A stretch of DNA of 64,000 nucleotides, from assembly GCF_006345805.1 (NCBI RefSeq), contig NC_043010.1:55738001-55802000 (forward strand), in the 5' to 3' direction. Under the pieces are notes generated by a model that did no database searches, was not told where the DNA came from, and saw nothing but the letters and a program-made list of their open reading frames with translations. Both the position numbers and the translations under genes were made by a program. This document shows positions 1 through 11,619 of this stretch, piece after piece (positions within the stretch are counted from its first letter, which is position 1; every line of letters begins with the position of its first letter). The DNA comes from Octopus sinensis (lineage: Eukaryota).

Positions 1-245
1 CGTATAGGTTCCCCACCTGGACAGGACACCCGTCCGTCGCAGGTGAGCTGCAAGATGCAGGAGGAAAGAGTGAGAGAAAGTTGTGGCGAAAGAGTCAGGA
101 GAAGTTCGCCATTACCTTCTGTCGGAGCCGTGTGGAGCTTAGGTGTTTCGCTCATAAACACACACATCGTCCGGTCTGAGATTCGAACCCCGCGATCCCT
201 CGACCGCGAGTCCGCTGCTCTAACCACTAGGCCATGTAACTCCAC
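1..245 (-). mobile_element. tRNA-derived SINE (OR-type head), 3' end cut by the window edge
   Basis: Minus-strand head GTGGAG..TGGCCTAGTGGTTAGAGCAGCGGACTCGCGGTC..GGTTCGAATC has Pol III A/B boxes; the same head recurs at 8283 and 25190. Confidence 0.85.
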
Positions 246-246
246 C

Positions 247-495
247 ATGCACCCTTTTAAAGCCTAGCCAGGCTCATGGGCCCGGTTTCCCGGTTTCAAT
301 GGCGTATGTGTTCCCCAGCTGGACGGGACGCCAGTCCAGCGCAACGTTACCCATTTTTGCCAGCTGAGTGGACTGGAGCAACGTGAAATGAAGTGTTTTG
401 CTCAAGAACACAACGCATCGTCCGGTCCAGGAATCGAAACCACAATCTTACGATCGGGTTGCTGACACCTTAACCACTTGGCCACGCGCCTCCAC
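247..495 (-). mobile_element. tRNA-derived SINE with Meta-like central domain
   Basis: A/B-box head followed by TGTGTTCTTGAGCAAAACACTTCATTTCACGTTGCTCCAGTCCACTCAGCTG; near-identical copy at 3994-4463. Confidence 0.8.
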
Positions 496-647
496 AATAG
501 ATTGGATTTGGAGAATATGAGTCAGTCCCTTTTGCTCATTTTCTTTGAAACCAAATATGTCTAGGTTTTTGTCCAAATTTGTTGGTACATAACTTAATTC
601 ACCAATGATGATAGGTACAAATGAAATTCATAGTCGGAGTTCAAGGG

Positions 648-913
648 CTATGTATGTATGTATGCATTTATGCATGTATGTATGCATGTATGCACGCATA
701 TATGTATGTATGTACGCATGTATGCATGGTAAATATATGTGTATGTACACAAACACACACGTATATTTCTCAACACGATCTTTAAAGATATTAAGCTATA
801 CTTCCTTGAAAAGAAGTAAGTTAACTTCAAAATGGATCGAAAATGTTGATTCTCCCTTCTTTAAATTTCTGTTACACTTTAATAGTTACTCTCTTCAGAA
901 TAAGAAATGACAT

Positions 914-1005
<92 letters not shown>

Positions 1006-1087
1006 CTGTCTGTCTGTCTGTCTGTCTATCATTCTATCTATCTATCTGGATATATGTGTGTATGTATGCGCGCGTATATATATATAT

Positions 1088-1119
<32 letters not shown>

Positions 1120-1149
1120 GTATATGTGTGTGTATATATATACATGTGT

Positions 1150-1189
<40 letters not shown>

Positions 1190-1414
1190 TGTGTGTGTGT
1201 GTGTGTTCGTGTGTATAGTGAGAATTTACAAAAAAAAAAGAACAGATGTATTAATTTAACGCTTGAGAAGTGAAAATGTCTTTTACGTTTCGAGCCAACG
1301 ATCTTCAATAGAAAGGAATACAGAAATAAAGAGAGAGAGAAAATATATACATACACACATATATATATATACACATATACATATATACATATAGATATAT
1401 ATACATACATGTAT

Positions 1415-1510
<96 letters not shown>
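648..1510. repeat. Compound microsatellites (TATG)n, (TATC)n, (TA)n, (TG)n
   Basis: Directly visible; source of the spurious YIYI/VCVC ORFs. Confidence 0.95.
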
Positions 1511-1512
<2 letters not shown>

Positions 1513-1524
1513 GAAAATAAAAAA

Positions 1525-1843
1525 ATGACCCCCTTCGGTCAGACACTGACCATGGGTTTGCACCTAGAGAGTTACCCTCTGAGGCACAAGTCTGGGCAAG
1601 GTTGTTTTATGGAAGACCAGCAGTCGCCTATGCATACCGGCCTCCCCTCTGCACGTCACCGATGTTGTCCAAGGGAAAGGCAAGGGCCGATACAGCTTAG
1701 CACCAGTGACGTCGCAACTCATTTCTACAGCTGAGTGAACTGGAGCAACGTGAAATAAAGTGTCTTGCTCAAGAACACAACACGCAGCCCGGTCCGGGAT
1801 TCGAGCTCACAACCTCACGATTGTAAGCTCGACGCTCTAACCA
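1525..1843 (-). mobile_element. SINE with Meta-like core and an alternative 3' tail
   Basis: Shares CAGCTGAGTGAACTGGAGCAACGTGAAATAAAGTGTCTTGCTCAAGAACACAAC and the B-box region with 247-495, but has a different 3' region (1525-1715). Confidence 0.75.
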
Positions 1844-2542
1844 ATATATATATATATATGTCACTGTTTTTACTTTAACCTCTTCCCCTACAAACGTGTC
1901 CTTCGTACATAGTTAGTCGTCTGCTGCTCTGAATAGGATTGGAAATGCATCAGACGTGAAGAATATTCGCTGGTCAACGTCAATTCATTATTCCAAGAGA
2001 ATTCCAACTTGAAAATATCAAATTCCCCAAAACCATTGTATACGCGGACATTGATTAATTGTCAAAATTTCCAGTCTGTAATTTGTTGGATGTATTCTGT
2101 CTTTAAGAAACAAAAACAATAAAAATCTAATATGTATTCTTATCTCTAAAACTCTTCTTTTATTCCAGTATTATTTTATCTTCTTGTGCTTAATTTTTTT
2201 CTTGAATTTATTTCTGTCAAGGACAGCTGAACAGAGCTCAGTGTGAATACGGGCAAAGGAAGCGAATGCTAGACCAGAAAAGCAATATTGCAAACTGTTA
2301 AACAGCACACTAGGAGGGAATCCCAGATTAAAGTAGTTCCACGAGGTAACTTCTTACCGTGGTTTTCATTTCCGAACGATATACGCCACAGTTGAGGAAA
2401 ATAAGATTACCACAAGGCTCCGGGTTCAAACCCCCAAAAAAGCATCATTTTACAAACGTAGCCGAACTGGCCCCTCTTAGAGCGTCAGGAACTAACGAGA
2501 TAAAATGCTTGCTTGAGGAGAGTTCTTCCTCTGAATTTTTCT

Positions 2543-3128
2543 CTGAGTTCAAATTCCGCCGAGGTCGACTTTACCTTTCATCCTTTCGGGGTCGATAAAT
2601 TAAGTACCAGTTACGAACTGGGGTCGATGTAATCGACTTAATACCTATGTCTGTCCTTGTTTGTCCTCTCTGTGTTTAGCCCCTTGTGGGTAATAAAGAA
2701 ATAGGTTAACAACTAACTGTTGAAATTTAATACTTTTATACTCTAGGGCTGGCAGAAACGTTAGCACGCCGGGCGAAATGCTTCGCGGCATTTCGCCTGC
2801 CGTTACGTTCTGAGTTCAAATTCCGCCGAGGTCGACTTTGCCTTTCATTCTTTCGGGGTGGTTTTAAAAATAAATACCAGTTACGCACTGTCCTTGTTTA
2901 TCCTCTGTGTTTAGCCCCTTGTGGGTAGTAAAGAAATAGAAATAGGTATTTCGTCTGCCGTTACGTTCTGAGTTCAAATTCCGCCGAGGTCGACTTTGCT
3001 TTTAATCCTTCCGTGGTCGATTAAACAAGTACCATTACGCACTGGGGTTGATGTAATCGACTTAAAACCTTTGTCTGTTCTTGTTTGTATCCTCTATGTT
3101 TAGCCCCTTGTGGGCAATAAGAAATAAA
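2543..3128 (+). mobile_element. Three tandem copies of a SINE with Nin/Deu-like core
   Basis: TGAGTTCAAATTCCGCCGAGGTCGACTTT.CCTTTCATCCTTTCGGGGTCGATAAATTAAGTACCAG..TTTAGCCCCTTGTGGG repeated at about 2543, 2811 and 2969. Confidence 0.75.
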
Positions 3129-3993
3129 TATTTTTCTCTTCATTATACTTGCCTTATATTTAATTTTCTTCCAACTATAATTTCCTCATTTTATATATTT
3201 ATTTTCTTCTCTCGGTTCATTCACCTCTTTGTTTCTATTATATTACATCTATCGACTTTCAATCATTTAACACTGCCAACATATATATTTATCTGTTACA
3301 TATATTTTTATAATTTATATTTAGTTTATTTTATTCCTTCCTATTGGCGCAAGCATGGATGTGTAGTTAAAAAGCTTGCAGTGTAATCAAGTGGTTTCGT
3401 GTTCAGGCCGACTGCACGGCAGCGTGGACAAGTGTCGTCTACTATAGCCCCGGTCAGACGTAAGCCTTGTGTATGAATGTGGAAGTCGAAACCTGAAGGA
3501 AGCCTGCTATATGTGTGTGTGTGTGTGTGTGTGTATGTGTGTGTGCGTGTGTGTGTATTTGACCACGTGTGTCTGTGTGGGAGTGGAGGTGTTGGGGTAG
3601 AGTTGAGGTGGTGTGGGATGGTGTGTGTGGGCGTGTCTGTGCGTGTACGGTGTGTGTGTGGGGTGCGTGTGCCCGTGTATAGGAGTGTGGATTGTGGTGG
3701 GTGTCTGTGCGTGTATGTGCGTGTGTGCGTGTGTGTGTGTCTGTATGTCGGTGTTTGTAGGAGACTGCGTATGTCTGTGGAGGAGTTAGAGTGGAGCAGA
3801 AGTGCGGCGTGTTGTGGGATGCGTGTGCCTGTGTGTGGGAGTGGAGGTTGGGTTGGGGGTGGGGTTGAGGTGTCTGAGCGTGTGTTTTCGTGTGTGTATG
3901 TGAGTGCGTGTGCGATAGGGAGAGCGAAAGGGAGATAGAGTTTTGGTGTTTGACTTTGTCCCCTACTCCCGCTACTTGACAATCAGTGTTGGC

Positions 3994-4463
3994 ATGCTTG
4001 AAAATAAATGCGCCCTTTTAAAGGCTAGCCAGTCTCTTGGGCTCGGTTTCCCAGTTTCTATGGCGTATGTGTTCCCCAGCTGGACGGGACGCCAGTCCAT
4101 CGCAGCGTTACTCATTTTTGCCAGCTGAGTGGACTGGAGCAACGTGAAATGAAGTGTTCTGCTCAGGAACACAACGCGTCGCCCGGTCCAGGAATCGAAA
4201 CCACAATCTTACGATCATGGTACTGACACGCTAACCCAGTGCTTTTCAACCTTTTTGCTGGAGCGGAACCCCCAAGAAAACATTTCACTGGCTCGAGGAA
4301 CCCCTGTGCAATAATTTAATTGTCTTATGCACACATATCTGCACAGGAGAATTAAAAATTACTGTCGATTTTAGCATTTTTGTAACTTCTTACGGAACCC
4401 CTAAGGTTCCGCAGAACCCTGGTTGAAAACCACTGCGCTAACCACTAAGCCACGCGCCTCCAC
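3994..4463 (-). mobile_element. Meta-core SINE inserted into the 3346-4665 SINE
   Basis: Near-identical to 247-495; flanked by direct repeat TGTTGGC (3987-3993 and 4464-4470). Confidence 0.8.
4237..4435. mobile_element. hAT (Charlie-like) MITE
   Basis: TIRs CAGTGCTTTTCAACC / GGTTGAAAACCACTG (14/15 match); perfect 8-bp TSD CGCTAACC at 4229-4236 and 4436-4443. Confidence 0.9.
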
Positions 4464-5079
4464 TGTTGGCTTACTTATATACGAAAAAAATCAGCACTTC
4501 GCTTTGCAGAAAGATAGACCAAGTACCAAGCCTAAAAATAAATAAATATATAAATAAATAAATAAATAAATAAATAAATACCGATGTCAATTTGTACGAC
4601 TAAAACCCTTCAAGGCACTGCCCCACCATGGCCACAGTCAAATAACTGAAAAAAAGTAAAAAATACAAAACCACAATCAACAGTTTCAACGTAGCTCTTT
4701 CTATTGAATTAACAAGTCCGATTGCTCCCTTGGCAGTTTTAACTCAAATTAGCCATTCTGCTTATGTTTTATTTTCTATACAACAAACACCACCAGCGTT
4801 TTTCATTGTTATATTTTTCATTCATTTCAAATCTTCTGTTCTTAGAGATTATAAATAATTCATTCAGCCTGTGTTATTTTTCACCCTTTCTTTTTTATAT
4901 AGGCGATGTTTGTTTTTCTATTAATCAATTGCTTCTTTCTATAAATTTCATCTACGTTTTCCTCCGCTACCTTTCTTCTCCCGCGTGTATTTACGGGGTG
5001 TTCATAAATTATATTTACGTCGTCCACTATTTTCTGTATCTACTAAAGGTGAGATTCGAAGAAGCTCAGGTAGAAACGA

Positions 5080-5506
5080 TCTCTTTACTCTTTACTCTCT
5101 TTTACTTGTTTCAGTCATTTGACTGTGGCCATGCTGGAGCACCGGCTTTTTTTTAGTCGAGCAAATCGACCCCCAGGACTCATTCTTTGTAAGCCTAGTA
5201 CTTATTCTATCGGTCTCTCTTGCCGAACCGCTAGGTTACGCGGACGTAAACACACCACCATTGGTTGTCAAGCGATGTTGAGGGGACAAACACAGACACA
5301 CAAACAAACAAACAAACAAACACAAACACACACACATATATACGACGGGCTTCTTTCAGTTTCCATCTACGAAATCCACTCACAAGGCTTTAATCGGCCC
5401 GAGGCTGTAGTAGAAGACACTTGCCCAAGGTGCCACGCAGTGGGACTGAACCCGGAACCATGTGGTTGGTAAGCAAGCTACTTGCCTCACAACTACTCCT
5501 ACGCCT
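5080..5506 (-). mobile_element. SINE with internal microsatellite (CORE-like CCTTGGGCAAGTG)
   Basis: Minus-strand head AGGCGTAGGAGT..GTAGCTTGCTTACCAACCACATGGTTCCGGGTTCAGTCCCACTGCGTGGCACCTTGGGCAAGTGTCTTC; copies at 10998, 22340 and 3346. Confidence 0.8.
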
Positions 5507-5544
5507 AGAAGTGATATTTTTTTAATATAACTTCGTTTGTCAAT

Positions 5545-5777
5545 ATTTCGTTTTTGGATTTGGTTTGCAAGATTCTTTATATGAGTTCGTGTGTTGGAGC
5601 ATATTCTACTGTGTTTGGGGAGAGTCATTTTCTTGTTGTGCCTTATTATGAAAAGGTTGCAAGAAGCAACGAAAATTTTAGGACAATAAAAATAAGGAAA
5701 ATGTAGAAATTTTAACCGGTGAGTGTGTTACATAATAAGGCACAAAAAGAAAATGACTCTCCCCATACAAAATAGAA
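5545..5777. mobile_element. Internally inverted retroelement fragment (Penelope pLTR-like) with 13-bp TSD
   Basis: 5545-5648 is the reverse complement of the 3' half, and 5649-5777 the forward 5' half, of the repeat seen colinear at 32176-32360; flanking TTCGTTTGTCAAT at 5532-5544 and 5778-5790. Confidence 0.65.
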
Positions 5778-6303
5778 TTCGTTTGTCAATGTTTTCCAAT
5801 AAACACTCTTTCCTGAATATTTCAATTTCTAAAGGTAACTTATGGACGCCCTATATATTTATTGACCCGTTCGTGATCGTCTCAATGTTTTCTAATTTAA
5901 CCCTTGGTGGACTGACATAGTTTTAAAATCTACCGCATTCTGATTAATAAGTATTTCCACTAAGCCACAATCGCTCTCTCTCTCTCTCGTTACCATTTGA
6001 ACACCAATCTTCTTCATCAATTTGTTTTCATCAGCTTTTGAATTCCTTTATTTTTGGCACCACTGTTAACTTCCTTAATATTTCTTTTACTATTGATCAT
6101 CCCCTTCCTCAGCTTCACCACACCCAACTTCTAAATCTTACGGCTCCCACTTCTACCTCGGCTTCATCACCTCCACACCCTACTGTCAATTTCTTCACCA
6201 TGGCCATCTCAGTAGTGGCGACAAGGATTTCGAAATAAATTCTCAATATAGAGCCCAACACTTCAGTTGAAACGGATATCAACCACCCTAGTTAGGCTCT
6301 AGT

Positions 6304-6400
<97 letters not shown>
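6304..6400. repeat. (GATA)n microsatellite
   Basis: Perfect tetranucleotide array. Confidence 0.95.
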
Positions 6401-7803
6401 GACGCAGCCGTTATTTTGACTATATCTTCACCCTCATCACACGCGCCCTTCCCACCAACAACTGCCTTCATTTCCCTCTATATACTCCGCCCCACCTCCA
6501 TACCACTCGGTCGGTCCACTTTAACATTAAACTGACCATGTTCTACGCGTTTTATGTTCAAACCAGGTAGATCCAGCCTCTCCCATCCACCCTTACAATA
6601 TCATTCTAAATTAACAAAATCATCGAAAACATGAAGCTACAAAAGGATGCATGATTAATTCAAAATAATGCGAATAAATAAGCATTAGATTTGAGTAACC
6701 TGAATGCTAAAGGGGGATTAGTACACGTGTTTCTGGAATACTCAGCCACTTATATGCGAATCCGATAAGCTTCACAGTTCAGTTGATTGAACAACTGCAA
6801 TCTCAAAATTGTAAATTTTGACTTAAATCTTTGTCAATATATTAATGTCGTGATGAAGATTGTAATAAATGAGAAGATATAACAATAAAGATCATAACAT
6901 ATGCATATTTCTGAACCTCTAATATGAACCCACGAATTCCCCCACTTTCTAGAACCCCATCCTTCATCCCCTTTACGTTTCTTGTAACCTACGTTGCATA
7001 CACGTCAGCGAGTACTTCCCATCCGTCGTACCCTACTATAATTTTTTTTCACTTTCCCTTGCAGTGACACCTTATCTTCTTCTTCACCACCAACCATTCA
7101 TTCCAAATAGAAAGTTCCTTCATTTGCACTTCTACCAATCTTATCGTCTGCTTTAAGTACTTCTGCAGCTCAATATATCAGACTGATTGGTCGACACACT
7201 CGTCTCAAAGTTTTATCCCACAACTTAGCGACATCCGTCCAAGTAAGTATTTTCCCGCTGTTCACTATTTCCAAAAATTGGATCCCTTTGTGTTCAGCGT
7301 AATCTAGTGCAGCGCTTCACTGTTCTCTCGTCTCCTGCTCAAATGGGAACTCACTATCAGTTTTCAAATATATACACATGATACCTAATAAATCAACGAC
7401 TTTGCTTTAAGACGTACATCATCAACTAACTTCACTTCTCTCTCGCGCGCACTCATACACACAGTAACAACAACGTGTATCTAAGTTCACAAACAAAATA
7501 GGAAATTTTAAAGAAGATTTATAAAACTAGTTTTTAAATATCGAATGGCTCTGGAGGTCTACCAGAATAAAATAATAATCAAAGGGTTACGCAGATGAAA
7601 GAAATTGTTGTAAACCCCTCTACTAGATTATGTGTTCGATTTTGCTTCGTAGTTTAAAAGTATAACATAATTGTTATATATTTCGATTTCCATTTCATTC
7701 TACAGTTAAAGTGTTACACAGAACAAAGAAGAATATTGCTAAATAAAACGATTATAAAATGTGTAGAAATAATAAACAGCAAAACGAACGCGTTTACTAC
7801 ACT

Positions 7804-7809
7804 TTTAAT
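7804..7809 (-). promoter_or_regulatory. Putative polyadenylation signal (ATTAAA) of the ferritin gene
   Basis: ATTAAA about 40 nt downstream of the stop codon, followed on the minus strand by a GU/U-rich tract (GTTCGTTTTGCTGTTTATTATTT). Confidence 0.4.
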
Positions 7810-7847
7810 CCTTGAATACCATATATTGTAAATATTTATAAGTGGAA

Positions 7848-8039
7848 TTAATATTGCTTGGTCATATCTTCTTTATCTTTTCCATGTTTTAAAGATTTTA
7901 ATAAATTCTTGTCAAATATGTATTGACCCAGAGTATATTGATCATCGGAAAACATTTCCAGCTGCCGGACATAGTCACCAAGGATTTTAATGGTATCAAC
8001 TTGCTCGTCCAGATATTCGTTTTCAATGAAGTGGTTCAA
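7848..8039 (-). CDS. Ferritin (yolk/secreted-like), last coding exon (helices D-E)
   Basis: tttaaag|LNHFIENEYLDEQVDTIKILGDYVRQLEMFSDDQYTLGQYIFDKNLL..QY*. Matches ferritin 'FLExEYLxEQVxxIKxLGDx..LGEYxFDK'; the EQ (Q141-equivalent) is retained. Confidence 0.9.
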   Translation of the reverse strand: MNHFIENEYLDEQVDTIKILGDYVRQLEMFSDDQYTLGQYIFDKNLLKSLKHGKDKEDMTKQY

Positions 8040-8282
8040 CTTTAAATAAAGAATAAATAGGAAAATTTAAAATTGAAAGACAAAAAAAACAGCCATCTTT
8101 TATCTATTTACATGAAAACTGGTCGATCGATTTATGAATTGTATTTTTCTTCTTATGATAGCCTCCATTCAACGAGTAATGAATGCTCGAGGCGGTAGCT
8201 AGTCTCACAAACCAGCGTGAAGCGTCCGTATTTACGTCGGCATACAACAAACACGGTGCTGTATAAATGTCTATTGTTCATC

Positions 8283-8664
8283 GTGGAGGCGCAATGGCCC
8301 AGTGGTTAGGGCAGCGGACTCGCGGTCGGAGGATCGCGGTTTCGATTCCCAGACCGGGCATTGTGAGTGTTTATTGAGCGAAAACACCTAAAAGCTCCAC
8401 GAGGTTCCGGCAGGAGATGGTGGTGATCCCTGCTGTACTCTTTCACCACAACTTTCTCTCGCTCTTTCTTCCTGTTTCTCTTGTACCTGTATTTCAAAGG
8501 GCCAGCCTTGTCACACTCTGTGTCACGCTGAATCTCCTCGAGAACTACGTTAAGGGTACACGTGTCTGTGGAGTGCTCAGCCACTTGCACGTTAATACCA
8601 CGAGCAAGCTGTTCCGTTGATCGTATCAGCTGGGACCCTCATCGTCGCAACCGACGGAGTGCTC
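8283..8664 (+). mobile_element. Full-length OR-type tRNA-derived SINE in the ferritin intron
   Basis: A/B-box head; 12-bp TSD CTATTGTTCATC at 8271-8282 and 8665-8676. Confidence 0.9.
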
Positions 8665-9281
8665 CTATTGTTCATCAAATGTGTTGACTTTAATTACAAA
8701 ACCGCTAGAGCATCGAACAGGAAGTATTAGCACTGTGAGTTCAAATTGCACCGAGGCCAAAATAGATATCGTTTCAGTAACAGATGAAAAGCATCCAGTA
8801 GTAAAGGTAGAATTGCTTGATCATGATTTCCGTGTCTCTGAACATAGTCAGTAGCGTGCATCCATTATCAACCGCATTATCAACCGAATTTATTAAATAA
8901 ATTCGGCTTCTACTGGTATGGAAAAACAGTAATTAACAAATCACTGGTGACGCAAATAGTTGGCGGGTTGAGTAAAAATTTATTATTAGCGATGGAAGCA
9001 AGATTTGTCCAGACCAGATTGCAGGAAATCCTATTCAACTTGAATATAATGTAGAAATTCAGACACCGGCAATATATTTCTTGAAAAAGCTTCTCATACG
9101 CACTTATAGCGCTAAAATGCATCAGCGGATGGTTGCTAGTAATGACGTGAAAATAACACCTCGTCGTAATTTAGAAATTCTACCACCATTGCAGGACGAC
9201 TTTTCTCTACTATCGATCGATACACTTCGGTGCTTTTAAGTGCATATGTGGAAATCAGATACTATACATGTATATATACAC

Positions 9282-9336
<55 letters not shown>

Positions 9337-9384
9337 TATATACACAAATATATCATACATACATCACACACACACACATACATA

Positions 9385-9415
<31 letters not shown>

Positions 9416-9605
9416 ATGTATGGTGAATTTATGAATTGAAGTCCCATAAATTTTGGTAAAATGGAAGAGACAAGTTATTAAATTATAAGAAGTTTAAGTC
9501 TTATTATATGTATATAAATATATGTATATATATATATATGCATGTAGTATATATGTATGTATGTATGTATATGTATGTATGTATGTATATATGTATATAT
9601 GTATG

Positions 9606-9684
9606 TATGCTCTTGCCCTACTCAGCGGATGAGCGTGCACCTATGTGAGAAGCCATTACTTATCTATCTATCTATCTATCTATC

Positions 9685-9715
<31 letters not shown>

Positions 9716-9728
9716 ATCTATCTATCTA

Positions 9729-9768
<40 letters not shown>

Positions 9769-9942
9769 AGATATATAATATATATATATATATATATTAA
9801 TATATATAAGAGAGAGAGAGAGAGAGAGATAGATAGTAGATAATAGATAGATAGATAGATAGATTATAGATAGATAGATAGATAGATAAGTAATGGCTTC
9901 TCACATAGGTGCAAGCTATCCCTGAGTAGGGCAAAGAGCATA
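9606..9942. repeat. ~340-bp palindrome with microsatellite-containing arms
   Basis: TATGCTCTTGCCCTACTCAG..GCACCTATGTGAGAAGCCATTACTTATC(TATC)n(TC)n is mirrored by (GA)n(GATA)nAGTAATGGCTTCTCACATAGGTGC..CTGAGTAGGGCAAAGAGCATA around a (TA)n centre. Confidence 0.85.
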
Positions 9943-10119
9943 GGCGTTTAATACAGAATCCTATACACGCCTATCTCTAATTTCATTGGTTGAGAGGGGA
10001 GTAATGATTACAATATTCAACACGTAAAGGGACATATTTAAATTTGAATGAAATTTTTACTTAACAATCTACTGTTACATACACACACTAACAAATGCAC
10101 TCATATGATAACAATTATG

Positions 10120-10161
<42 letters not shown>

Positions 10162-10334
10162 ATATATATATAAACATACATATTCGAATCTCCCAAACCG
10201 AGCTGACCATTGCACAAAGTAGCGTCTTTAACATATCATAAGACTACTATACGAACTATTATAAGGGTGAATATTATACACGATATTTTAATGTAAACTA
10301 AAAGGAAATAGAAAAGGGGAAAAGGATGGTTCAC

Positions 10335-10427
10335 CTGAAAGTCATCTTCTGCGATAATTCCTTCCAGACTTTGACTCACGATCTTCTCCAAAGCTAAAGC
10401 ATCTTGAAAAGCTAATAACCCATGTTT
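10335..10427 (-). CDS. Ferritin, penultimate exon (helix C)
   Basis: ttcacag|KHGLLAFQDALALEKIVSQSLEGIIAEDDFQ|gtgaac; 93 nt, phase 0/0, splices in frame to 8039. Matches 'GLxAxxxALxLEKxVNQSL' with the E107-equivalent retained. Not in the ORF track. Confidence 0.88.
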
Positions 10428-10727
10428 CTGTGAAATATAAGAGTATAATACAATACAAATATCGGTGTATCTTTCCTCTGAATGTCACCATTAGAGTCAA
10501 AAAAATGTATGACACATCGTAAAATTTGTCTCTCGTGAAGAAGAGTTTTATAACATCATAAAACTCCTAAGTTCTTTCTTCAAATTAATTCATTTTCACT
10601 TTTTTATAAATTCCCACAGGAATCAGTGTTGCAGCTATAAATTTCATACAAAGTATCGCGAAATTATTAATATGTAATTATTATTTGATTTTGATGTTCA
10701 CCGTGTTTTCTAAAGAGTTTATTTAAA

Positions 10728-10842
10728 ATTGGACAAAAAGTCGTTGGACAGAAATATCGTCTGGCGTAAAGACGTCCGACCAAATGGCGTGGATGAAGTG
10801 ACGTTGGACAAAGTGACATGAGGACGAAAAAATTGGGTCATG
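10728..10842. repeat. Degenerate ~15-bp tandem repeat (GGACAAANNGTCGTT-like), probably a DNA-transposon subterminal array
   Basis: ggacaaaaagtcgtt ggacagaaatatcgt .. cgaccaaatggcgt ggatgaagtgacgtt ggacaaagtgacatg aggacgaaa. Confidence 0.45.
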
Positions 10843-10933
10843 ATATAATATATATATATATATATATATATAGTATATATATATATATATATATATAACA
10901 TACACACACACACAACATACACACACACACACA

Positions 10934-10980
<47 letters not shown>

Positions 10981-10997
10981 CATACATATATATTAAT

Positions 10998-11107
10998 AGG
11001 CGTAGGAGTGGCTGTGTGGTAAGTAGCTTGCTTACCAACCACATGGTCTCGGGTCGACCAAAGCCTTCTGAGTGAATTTGGTAGACGGAAACTGAAAGAA
11101 GCCTGTC

Positions 11108-11175
<68 letters not shown>

Positions 11176-11375
11176 TGTCTTTGTGTGTCTGTGTTTGTCC
11201 CCCCAACATCGCTTTACCACCGATGCTGGTGTGTTTACGTCCCCGTAACTTAGCGGTTCGGCAAAAGACACTGATAGAATAAGTACTAGGCTTACAAAGA
11301 TTATGTCCTGGGGTCGATTTGCTTGACTAAAGGCGGTGCTCCAGCATAACCACAGTCAAATGACTGAAATAAGCA
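10998..11375 (+). mobile_element. SINE with internal (TA)n(TG)n, internally deleted head
   Basis: Reverse-complement homologue of 5080-5506. Confidence 0.8.
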
Positions 11376-11619
11376 GAAGATGTTGGGATGTTGGTGGGGT
11401 GGATGTTGATGTGGGTGTGGGATGGAGGAATGGGCTAGAGTTGTGGGTGTGTGGTGTGGGTGGGGATGGTATCAGTGAAGAGAGAAGGTGGCTAAGAGTG
11501 AAGAGACGTGTATTTTAAGGGTCCCTGAAAAGAAAATTTGATTTAGATGTTTGCATTGGTATATATTGCAAAACACAGCTGGGTTTCTTTCTCTAACATT
11601 TTACATATATCAACCTTCA

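Larger units (their letters stand above)
3346..4665 (+). mobile_element. SINE with internal (TG)n microsatellite, interrupted by a second SINE
   Basis: Head 3346-3510, TG-rich tract 3510-3940; the 3' part resumes at 4464 and ends GGCCACAGTCAAATAACTGAAA. Homologous to 5080-5506 and 10998-11375. Confidence 0.7.

Noticed and set aside
8283-8360. tRNA-Arg-like gene (also 170-245 and 25115-25190)
   Set aside because: No proper acceptor stem or poly-T terminator; continues into a SINE body with a TSD, so it is a SINE head.
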